This document shows positions 1 to 11,409 of a DNA stretch of 64,000 nt, piece after piece (within the stretch, counting starts at the first letter, position 1; each line of letters starts with the position of its first letter). Location of the stretch: contig OZ234493.1 of assembly GCA_965153455.1 (NCBI GenBank), positions 26,712,213 to 26,776,212 of the forward strand, given 5' to 3'. A program made the translations under genes and the position numbers. The DNA is from Sphagnum compactum (taxonomy: Eukaryota). The notes under the pieces were generated by a model that saw only the letters and a program-made list of their open reading frames with translations, had not been told where the DNA came from and made no database searches.

Positions 1-2929
1 TGAAGCTCTTGTAGAAACTAAAGGAATTACTATAGATTAATTTATAAAAAGTGCCTTCACATTTTCCACCCAAATGCCTACTATCCCTAATGCTGTAACT
101 AGTGCATGCATGAAGTCAAGCAGGGCAGTACCTCTCAATAGTTTCATGGTTGGACTTCTCCACCCAATTTTCTTATTGCAAGTCATAATCCAACCACTAT
201 TTCATGATTTTGTAACTTCAAGTGATGGTGGAATGAAAAATTGATTGTCATAATGTGTTGCCATTGTAATACACAATATTTTAGTGGATCAAATTAGGCT
301 TTAATGATGACCAATGATGGCATGAAATATTGTTACAATACAAAGTCATAAGTCAAAATTTTATACACAAGTGTGGGATGTGGCAGATGTTAATGACATG
401 CTACTTGTAATGGAGTTTATTTAGTGCATTCTTGACAATGAAATATCATATGCACGAGTAATTTTGTTAGTTTGTTGTGAATGGCAAGTAGAAAACATCG
501 CAGATGCTTAGAGAATGTTTAGAGGTTTACCCTAAGCTCCTCCCACATGTAATGTAAATGTAGTGTAAATGTCATTATTGTTTAGGTGTGCTTAGTTGTA
601 AGTTTCATGGGTTTCAAATTGTAAAACAATGAAATGTTAGATAATTCCATAGGGCCAAGGAATTTAAGAGATTTGATCACTTATAATAACTTGAGTGAAT
701 AAGGATTCTTAGATGTCCTTTGATTCTAACAAATTATTTTGAACATGATTATAAAATTGTAAAACAAGGCAATGTTAATGTCATAATTCAATATGTTCAA
801 AGAATTTAAGGTTTTGATCAAACAATAATTTGTTTGATTCAAGATTTCAATACATCCTTTGAAGGCATTAAATAATATTGAAACATCATAAACTTATTCG
901 AATGTTGGTACTCCGAATGAATCCTTGTAAAGTTTAACAAATATTAATATTGATAGTTTTGTTATAATTGCAAAATGAGGTAATTAGTCTTGTTCACTAT
1001 AACAAACCCAAAATATGAAAACAAAATTCTTATATTCATATGGATTAATAAAATAAAATAAAACCCAAATTATTTGTTTTGAAAAACATTTGACTTGATA
1101 TTATATAAGTAAGTTTTTTTATTCAACTCTTGTTTCACCTAGTCACATCAATATAAGGTTGTAAATCAATTCTTTTTATATCTTAATACATAAAGAATCG
1201 GTGATTTTTTTTACTTCGAGGTCTTTGTTGATTCCATTAAGTTCACATATCAACTACCATAATACATAACTTGGATGTTAGGGACTAATTAATTATCTTT
1301 TAAAATTGCCAAAAATTTGGAAAAATAAATGTTTACCATGCCAAAAAACTCAGTAAAGCTCATGTTGCATATTTATATATATATATTTATTTTCCCAATA
1401 ATAAAATTCATTGTATGGAGTCACATTAGTTTCTGTATGGGTAATATGAACTATTAGAAAATTATAGTTTCATGTATGGGCTGTTGGAAAGTAATAGTTT
1501 ATTGTACTTTTAATAGATTTTCTTGTAAGAATACAGAAACACATGTCAACAAATGAGAACTAGTTTTTTATGCATGCTTAGTTGGAATTAAAACAATTAA
1601 TGTTCACTAGACAAATTTCAATTCACTTCTTGTTGAACCCTACAAGATGGGGTGGTAACCTTAAATCTAAAGACCTAAAACCTAACCCTAAAACCCTAGG
1701 GTTTCAACCTATTTCATTATAACAACTATATTGCATAAAGTTTAATTTTTGTTTTTGAGGTTTAATAATTCAAAAACTATGTTTTGCTTCCAATTTTTAA
1801 AAGATTCTATAAGTTATTGTAAGTAATGTGCATATTTGCTTTTTGAAGTTGAAAAATCTCATAAATGCTTTTGTTTATAGCTTCTCAAAAGAATTTAGGT
1901 AGTGTAAAGTATTTGGGTTCAACTTTGAATTATTCTATAGTTTACAAATCTTGGGAGTGTAGTGTCTTATCACCAATTTCCAGTTTTTGCCTTGTAAGAT
2001 GGTCAATAAAATTTGAAGTGTTTTTTCTGAGGTGGTAGTATGGCAAAACTAATTCCAAGCACAAGTAGGAAAAGAGGTGTACCTCTCAATTTATTCAGAT
2101 CACCAACATTCAACAAATAATGTTAGGTGGTTATTTTGAGGGTCTTATTATGAATAGATACAGACCTTTTAATGTATTTGTTTTCAAATACATACACTAT
2201 GATTTTAGAGATGCACGTGGTTTCAAGATAATAATTTTGACAGTTGGTTGAATTTTGTCACTACCTTCTTTCCAAGACTGAATGTTGGGTTAATTATCCG
2301 CATTCAAAATTTTGGAATCATTTTCAAAAACACATATGAGCATAGGGACTCAAGTTTGTTTCAAAGGTCAAGGCAAACACCACAATAGACCAAATCAATC
2401 CATTTTTTATCACATTATAGTTTGTTTCGACACGTACCATACATGAATTTATGCAGAGACTAGATTTGGAAAATTTGGGCACTTTAAAAGTTGTGGTCAC
2501 TGGTATTTACGGAAGGTCTTTAGAGTCTTTCATTTTAGTGGTCACTAATGGTTTTCCTAAGGATATGCATTCCCTTTCCTTCTTTCATGAGTTTTACACA
2601 CAATATAACCATCTTGTTAAGTTGTATAACATCAATAGACTTGTAATAACCTTCATCAAGAATGTTGTAAGTGTTGTCTATAGTGAACAACAATTAGTGA
2701 TGAACTTTTAAACAATATTCCTAATTCTAACACTCGAAGTGTTGTTGTACAAAAGTTGACCAAGGTGCATAGCAAGAGGACTAAATGACAAGATTTCCCC
2801 ATCAAATTTGAGGCATGTTGGATTTTTCAACTTTCTTTCTATGATTTTATCAAATTTTCCAGCTTTCATATCATAGAGTTGTTGAAATTTCAGATTGTGA
2901 ATGTTGGATTCAACACTGAAAAACTAAAA

Positions 2930-4262
2930 TTTTGATTTGCTCAATCATGCAACTAATGATAATAATACAAAATCCAACTTAAAAAACCAGACATGTTTTG
3001 TTCACTTTCAACTATTAGATCTCTCAAACTAAATAACTAGACTCCATCATGAACTATTTAAAAAAAGACATATGTTAGTGGAATTATGCACTACAAACTA
3101 TCACACATTATATAGTCTTGTTAATGACATTGACGAAATGTTCAAAGAATATACAAAAAATGTTTCGAAACTTTTGCTATGGAATAATTTCCATAATCTT
3201 CGCATTGGATTCAACACTAAACTAGAAAATTCACACATATACAGATAATTCCTTGCTTTTATAAGAACTAGACACTAATTGAACAAAAGGTCATTGAAAT
3301 AGAAATAGGTAGTTCAACCCATCTCATATCATTACAAGAATTTAATTTCTTGTCCAATTAGTTGCAAAACGCGCTATACATCATGCATAAGGTTTGACAT
3401 TTGAACATTTAACATTCAACCTTGTTGGTATAACAAAACATGGTTTAACATGTACAACATTATCTAAATTTGTTCCAAAGAAAAAATATATTTATCGTCT
3501 CCATTGTCAACTAATTTTTTTGAAGTAAATTTTCCTATTGAACAAGAAATGTATTGTTTCCAAACTATTACATGATACGAATTAACATTTCCATCTCTTA
3601 AATCTTATTATGAAAAATTCATAGTCATACAATCCTTGAATACCCATTTCTTAAAATTACACTTATGGGATGTCTTTTCAGATCCACATATTATTAACAT
3701 CAACACATTCTTTGCTTGAATGAAACAATAGTAAAAAGATTCAAAACAAATAACAAACTGTACTTTGCAATATCGAAAAAGTTGAACATCATTTCATGTT
3801 ATGACAAACATGGAATTATAGTAAGATATGACAAAATGGTAACTTTGACACAAACAAATTTGTTGACAAATGATAATGCTGAATTTATTATTGCACTTTT
3901 CAACGAAAATACACAAGAAGCATTATATTTAATTGTAGTATACAAGTCACATAAAATACAAGTAAATTATTTTTGTTGCATACTAGAAACCATCATTAAA
4001 TAAATGCCTTAAAATGTTCCAACGATCATCATAGGAGATTTCAATGTTGATATATCTTAACAAAGACATGTCAATCCACAACATTATGTAATTTCATGAA
4101 TACACAAAAAATCAACGTTCTGTTTTTTGAATACATAACCATTAATAAAACACAAATAGACCACATACAAATAAATGCACCCACACAACAATGTCATTCA
4201 ATATCAAATCAAACTTACTGGTCAGACCATAAACCTATTTACATCACATTTAAATTACCAAA
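2930..4262 (+). mobile_element. Degenerate Helitron/Helentron-like coding remnant: PIF1-family helicase C-terminal half followed by an EEP (APE-like) endonuclease domain
   Basis: Manual translation across stops and frameshifts. About 3070: MLVELCTTNYHTLYSLVNDIDEMFK, resembling the PIF1 'N-D---GLVNG--G' motif. About 3335-3465: TRI*FLVQLVAKRAIHHA*GLTFEHLTF...KHGLTCTTLSK, resembling 'QFP-QLA-A-TIH--QGLTL...G--YTALSR'. About 3630-3725: QSLNTHFL...ILCLNET. About 4026: IIIGDFNVD. ORF 4096-4296: TQIDHIQIN...YWSDHKPIY, matching the EEP GDFN, D-H and SDH motifs. Confidence 0.8.
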
Positions 4263-4971
4263 TTATGTGCGTTGTTTCATTCCACCAACAAATTAAACAC
4301 ATATTCATATATATCGTAACAAAAATTTCAATTTTTTTTTATAAAGGTGCATTTATGCTTAAATGAGCCCAATGTGCCCATGTGGATGAATCCTTGTGAC
4401 CACTCCATAATCTAATTAAGGTGAAGTCCTTCAAAGAGTTAATTACCCAAAAAAAACATGTCTTATGACACATTAAAAATGATTTTCAATATTCCATATT
4501 CATCACATTCATTTCAATTTTTTTCCAAATGTTTCCATATTTTATCACAAATATTAAAAGACAAATTCATTCACAAATTTCAAAATCAATTGATTTAACA
4601 CTACAAACAATGGAAAATTCAAACAATTATTACGATGAAAGTGGTTCAATACATAAGATATCATCATTGTGTACGTAGTTTTCAACAAATTGGATGTATT
4701 AAAATAGATTTCAAATAGGGAAGTGGAAGGTTTCCCCATATTGAAGTATAGTCTTGAAATCAACAACCTAGCCTTGGACAAGTGTATCATTTGGCTTATT
4801 CAACGAATATCTTCGCTTACATTATGTGAGTGTGGGATTTCTAAGCTCTTTCGTTGAGTGGATATTGCAATTTTGTTTAGGGGCATTCCCAAAATGTGGG
4901 GCTTAGCTACCCATGTCTTTACCCATCATAAAACACAAGGCGAACATTATCATAAATCCAACCATACATAA

Positions 4972-5160
4972 ATCATGAGGGGTAGGAAGGGGAAGGTCCT
5001 TGTACTCAAGAATGCAAAAGGTCTTATGCCTAGGTAAATGGGATGGATTTTATGCCTATAAGTATGCCTAACATAGCTCCCATTCTTGAGGAGTAGGCAT
5101 AAGTTTACTCATCTTTTCTAATAGGGATTAGTAGGGACCATAAGGTGCCCACCAAATAAA
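4972..5160 (+). repeat. Dispersed repeat copy related to 15218-15465
   Basis: Shared blocks in the same order: tcatgaggggtag / gggaaggt / gattttatgccta(t/c)aagt / tcttgag..gtagg..taag / taaggtgccc(a/t)ccaaata. Confidence 0.6.
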
Positions 5161-8152
5161 CTTAGGCAATTTCCCCAAGTGTTTTACTTTTGGTAGTTTG
5201 GTGAAAATTAGAGAATATTATCAGCATATTTTTAAAAGACAATGACACGAACTTAGCAATCAACTATTGTCAATTTTTGAATCACCTCTTCCAGTAGGGC
5301 TACTTGCTTCAATCTTCTCAATGGTGGGCAATTTTTATCCATAGAACATGGTGCTAAGCTATAGGGTTGCTCAACTCTTTCCTTTACCCACTTCTCAAAA
5401 GTTTCTAATGGCACATGACCCTGATATGATTCCTTTGTCTGCTAGTGTGAGTGATTTCTAATGCGTCCTAGTAATATATTGAAACTAGGATCACTTGCAA
5501 GGTGGTCATTAATGTGAACTAAGGCTACTAGGTCATTTGCTTCAAACCAAATAATATTCGGCTTAATTGAGGTATTTTACTAATACATGTAACACGATGA
5601 GGCCCAAATCTAAATGGATGTGAAATCAACAAATTACCAAATTTACTATTATTACTCTAGACCATATGACAAAATGCAAATCCTACATTTCAAGTTCATT
5701 TATGCAATCTTGTTGTTAGAACACTTGATGAAGCTAACTACGTAACTAGTAAGTCTACCATTTTGTTCACCCTCCAAATATGTGTCTAATGAACCATACA
5801 ATGGGCACACATAAACTGCCTATTCAAACAAGCCAATTAGAATCACCTTATGTTGGATGACTATTCCAAATTCAATGCATCTTATTCACACAATTTATGT
5901 ATAATTATTAGTAATGACCATTAAGCACAAATGAGTGAAGTACATGGAAAATCATCTTTTGGTGAAATATAGCAAACCAAAACATATATACAACTTCAAG
6001 TTACTTTTTAGTATTCATGACCAAAAACACATATTTGTAACCCAACCAAGTTTTACAACAAAATACACCCAAATAACCACTACCATGAAAACAAAAGTTT
6101 ATGCTAGGAATCATTGGGTTTGAAACACATTGCTTGTACAAGTCAATCTACATAAAAGCATAGCAAACAAACAACAAACCCACCTTTATCCTAAAGCTAT
6201 GGATAATTCCATCATAGGAAGTCTTACAAAATTTGAAGGGACACAAATAGTTTCCTTATAAAATTTAAAAGAAATAGAATATGAATGGAATGCCCACAAC
6301 AAAAGGTTTCAAGTCTCAACTATAGACTTGTAAGAACTCTAAAAAAATTTGGACTAAAGTTTAAAGTCATTTTACATATATACACATATGATTAAAAGGG
6401 GTCAAAAGTTTGTAAATTAAGTTTATGTTAAGTTTGCATTTTACAGGTCTCGAATTCAAATTGGAGGTGGCACCTTCAAAACCAAGGCAAAGCAACAAAC
6501 CTCTCCCAAAGTGTAAAAACCCTCCTTGATATCGTGCACTAAACATACCCTCCCTATTGGGAAGAGAAAGTCATCACACACACATGCCTCTGTTTTACAC
6601 TAAATATTTACTCAGAGTACTTTAAGTTTACTTTAACAATTTCAATGGGTTATTGCAGTGTCTTTTGTAGTACCACTAGGAAGGCAAAACAGGTAAATCC
6701 ATGTTTCCCTGACTTTAGCATAATTTTTTTATCAACAATTTAATACTATAGACTTTACTTCCATATTTTAAACTTTTGTATTATGACCAATTAGAAATGA
6801 AGGCTTCATAATTTTCAAAGAAATTTTGTTTTGATGGCATTGAGCCCAAACATTACATCGAATTTTAGTAATACATGTTTTATATTCTAGCAAATCTTTT
6901 TTCTTTTTTCTTTTTTAACTACCTAGAAATAGAGGAAGGTTGATCATCAAGTCACCATAGGGAACTATAACATTTTATTGGGCATATGAATAATTATACA
7001 TTGGTAGAAGAGGTAAAAATAATTATGCCAATATTATTTTGGGTATTGGTATGTCGTGCATATTTAACCTCTTGAAAATAATGTACTCACCAAAAGTAAC
7101 ATAAATTTCATAATTGAATAGAGTTAATATGAATAAATTGGAAGTTTCCCATTTCAACTACTAGCTGAATCAAATTGATTTTCTTGTTATATTTTTGTTT
7201 GGCAAGAACATATTGCATCCATAGAAGACAATTGACTTGAGGATCCCATGTATCTATGATTGAAAATTACAAGTGATTGAGAAAGAAATACAATAGTGCT
7301 TAAATATAAATTAGTTATTAGTAAGCTTTAGAACACTAGTGCTCCACTGATTCCACATTAAAAAAAACACCAAATTGAAAAAAATACAATGGTAAAAGAG
7401 TCCATTGATTTGATTGAAAACTACATCACATGATTGAAGAGGGATTTGATGTATCATGTACATAATGTTGATTGAAACACCAATGTGAAAGCTTTCAACA
7501 ATTTCACATTTCTCTTCATCATTTTGGTTCATTTGGACATACACAACCTTACAAATTGTTGAAGAAGCTCATATCAATGTTTGCTTTCACTAGTGTTTTA
7601 TTATGTATGACCATATTTGAAAGGCATAAATAGTACTCATGGTGTATGGAACCTATCAATAATTGTTGTGGTTTGACTAATACAACCAAATATATTTATA
7701 CCATGTGATGTGTGAATCATTTAGGAATGATCAATAGTTAATCAAAACAACCTTACACCAATGGAAAAAAACCTCTTGAATTTTCATTTGTGAATTCCTT
7801 ATTGAAAATGATCCTGTACTCCAATAATAAGCATAAGGACCCCCAACTTTGGGAAATTTTGTATGACTTGGTAATGAACCATATATGATCATATTGGGTT
7901 AAATATGTAGTGTTTGAGCTAGCCACAACCACTTGCAAGCTGGCCATGAGCTTTAGATTTTGGGCCAGCTTGCTCAACAAACCTTTAAAATTTCGGCCCC
8001 CCAAGTAGTCTCTGACCTGGAAGCCTTCGCCACCTAAAGGCCAATAATTGTGAATTGTGATGGGAACAGGTAACGTAGAACAGGGGTCAACACTCAACAT
8101 GGTGTCTAGTTCTTGTTTAGGGCCAGATTATAAATTTAACAAAAACCTCTTA

Positions 8153-8513
8153 GAGCATCTCCACCGGTGCTGAGTACACTCTGGATAATAAAATTAAATG
8201 TCTAAGTCTAGCTGTTTTTTTTGGCAACCCCACCAATAAAACTGTAACTGGATATAGGTGGGGACTACTAACAGCAAACCACCTAGACCAATCACTATGA
8301 TCGGCCAATCAGAAATACTGAGCTGCAGTTAGGTCCAATTTATTACACTCTTTTTTGGAGGTGCACAACTGTGTTGTGCCCTTTACCAGCCACGGCAGGC
8401 TACACGAATTTGGTGCAGAAAAACCAATTTCCTGAGCTAAACCAGCACATTTTGACTTTTCGCAATTTATTTTTCTGTCTGGAGTCACATACTGAGCACC
8501 GTTGGAGATGCTC
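8153..8513. mobile_element. Tourist/PIF-Harbinger-type MITE
   Basis: Left TIR gagcatctccaccggtgctgagta matches the reverse complement of the right end, gagcatctccaacggtgctcagta (22/24). TTA flanks both sides (TSD). Confidence 0.9.
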
Positions 8514-9715
8514 TTAGTATTTGTTTCAGGTAATTTATATAGTTTCATGGAACCTGGGGTTAGGGTTGGGGTTTAGTTTTACAAAACCCTAAACCTGTGG
8601 TTAAGGTGTCTGTCAAAAAAGTTTAAAATGAGTCTGATTTGGTAATCAAGTCCAGTTCAATTTACAATACACACAACCCCAACTTCCATCACCAAGAACT
8701 GCAAATATTGCAGAGTCCAAGTTTCAGTATTAATTGCATGCCTAGAGAATTGAACCATTTTTAGAGAATGACTGCAGCAGCAGACTTCCAATCCAGTTTC
8801 CAATTCCAACAGGCGCAGGAGGCTGATTGCTGGGCCAAGTTTCAGGTCCAATGCTTGTACTCGCCTCCCCCCTCTTTTCTTTTTTTTGGCTGGCTATATA
8901 TATAGCCAAAAATCTATATTAAAAATTAAGAGTACTAAAATCAGATCGTTTTTGGAGATATTCATTCGCAGAAATTTCCAAAACAAAATAAATTAAAATT
9001 CTCCAGATTTTTATACATGGTTCAATTACGTAGCCAAACACATAGAAGGATGTTTTTAAAACTTTACTCTCATATAAAGACAAATTTGGCTGAATCATCT
9101 TATGGAAGAGCACCATTTTGGCTGCATCATAAAATCGACCCAAAAAAAATGCACTGGTTTACTGTAGCATTGCTTGCTGAGTTGTGGTTCCCATTCCGGC
9201 AGAGACAAAACCTCTGATTGAGAAATGCATTATGGAATGGTCAAGCCCTTACCCGTTATGTTATGTATGGTGCTGGGCAAGCTTGTTAAGGCTAGCTAGG
9301 CCAACTCACCCAACACAATAGGCAACAGTAAGACCATAAAAAGGTCTAGGGTCACAGATGCAACAAGTCTCTTAAAAAATTCATGTTAACAAAGACTTTG
9401 GTGACTACAAGCATATGATCATCACCAGAAGATTATGTTCTATAATGTGACAAAAAAAAGGACATAATCCACCACCCACCCCAAACCATAATGGTCTAGG
9501 AATCGGTCACTGTTGGTCAGTATTATATTAGGTCACCATTATTAAAAATATGGCCAAATTAATTATAGAATTTACACAAGTAAAATGGCTCAATAACTAT
9601 CTAGCCATGATCTCCAAAAGGTAAATTCAGAATTACTACAGTAGATTTTGTTGAGTTGTTTAGGGTTCAAATAGTAAATAAAACTCGAAAAATGTTAAAT
9701 CAACCAAGGGTCTTA

Positions 9716-10180
9716 GGCCCACTTTAGGTTAGGAGTCAGGGCTCAAGGGCCAACTTTGAGCATTTTGGGCTTGTTGTTTGGCCCCAAGTTACAAATCAGT
9801 GCTAGAACATAGATGTCAGGATATTAATAAATGCTGGAACATTGGTACCAGCCAAGGAGCTTTTTTATTATTGACGAAATATCGCCAAAAAGTGATGGAC
9901 AAAAACCGCTTACGAAATTCATTGAAGGATTTTGTAAAAAAGAAAAAGAATAAATCGCCATATCGCGGTAGAGGGATAGAGATTGCTCGCCATTTCGAAA
10001 CGTACATAATACCCTGGTAGGGTACCCAGGCAAAAAATGATGACGAACAGTTTTGGAACATAGGGTGGTGTGTTTAGGAAGGTCTATTAGTCCAGGCCAA
10101 AAACAGTGGCAGCCAAATTTAGGAATAGAAGAATTTCCATTGCAACCAATGAGAAGTGGCATCATGGAGTGAAGGGGCCT
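9716..10180. mobile_element. PIF/Harbinger-type MITE, degenerate copy of the 54566-54844 family
   Basis: Starts tta|ggcccacttta like 54566. Internal gctagaacatagatgtcaggatattaataaatgctggaacattgg matches about 54617-54665. The right end gtgaaggggcc is degenerate and there is extra sequence in the middle. Confidence 0.55.
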
Positions 10181-10244
10181 CTCTTAATTTGTTGTGAGAC
10201 ATAGTAAAGGTTTGTTTTTTGAAATCCCATGCAGATACCAGACT

Positions 10245-10580
10245 TTTTCATGAGCTTTCAAAATCTCTTGGGGGTGTAGAGCAAGAGTTCTTCTGTAACA
10301 GAAGATATTTCATGAAGTTGCAGCATGATGAAATCTCTCTCTTGGTTAATGTGGAGAAGAGTAGTTCTGTACCAGAAGATCTCATGCAAACTTGTAGCAT
10401 GACAAATCTCTTGCTTGCTGTGTGTAGAGTAAGATTTCTTGTCTACTAACAGAGATTTCATGAACCTCTTGCAGCATGAACTCTTCTGGTACAGAAAAAC
10501 TCTTCTCTTGATGTATGTAGAGCAAGTGATGAATCTCAGGGACCAGATGAATCTGTTGGTGTAGAGAAGGAGAAGAAGAG
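10245..10580. repeat. Degenerate tandem repeat of about 65-80 bp units (about 4 copies) upstream of the IQM gene
   Basis: Recurring aatctctt...gtgtagag(c/t)aaga...ctgta(a/c)cagaagat...tcatg...gcagcatga blocks. Confidence 0.5.
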
Positions 10581-11409
10581 CTCTAGATCTGATCTGGTTT
10601 GTAGAATCTGGTTTCATGTGGGGATTTCAACAACTGGGTCACATGATGAAGAAGTTGCAGTTCACCAATGAGCACCAGCAGCTGTACAAATAGATTGAAA
10701 TCCTTTTGGAAAGGGGAACAAGGGAACCTTGGGATGGGTTCTTGGACTTGGCATGATCCTTTTCTTCTTCTTCTTCTTCTTTCTTGATGATGATGTGAGC
10801 TGCAAACTGGGAGCTCAAGATTAGTAACATTTGAGTACATGTGAATGTCGACAGTGTATGCATGCTTGCTAAACCCTAAACCCATGCAAACCCAGGAAGT
10901 TGGCCAAGTTGTTGCAATTTTATTGGGTGTACATGTGTCCTGCTGAGGTTGCAGTATTTTTAGAAATAAGGATCAGCAAGCAAGGGAGCTGATTGATGGG
11001 CGTGGTGGAGGTGTTGGGACGTCGTCTTCTGACACCTTCTCATGGATTGATTTGTAAGCTTGCATCTCCTGGTTAGGAAGTTTGTTTTCTTCTGTGTTTC
11101 TAGGGTTTAGGGGAGATGGTGGACTTGAAGGGCTGATCATGGTGGGAAAAGGGGAGTAACAATGACACTACAGCAAATCTAACAAAGCAGAACTTCAATA
11201 TTGGATTGCTCAAGGCTTTGGATTCTCCACAAAATGGTGGTGAAGGGATGAATGGGTCAGAGAGAGCAGAAAGGTTTGACGAAGCAGGGATTTTGCAGGC
11301 TGCTGCAGGCTTTGGATTGGAGCAGAGAAATCTTGAAAGTAGTAGCCATGGAATCTCAAGGGTTGCAGTGTAAGAAACGAGTCGGTCTGAGTGAGAAGAA
11401 CAAGAGAAC

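Noticed and set aside
1-550. Coding-looking + strand remnant (DVADVNDMLLVMEFI*CILDNEISYARV...)
   Set aside because: It has several stops, no motif I can recognise and is truncated by the window edge, so it cannot be assigned.
8889-8910. 18-bp palindrome tggctatatatatagcca
   Set aside because: It is mostly a (TA)n core and probably part of a common short repeat. It is too short to interpret.
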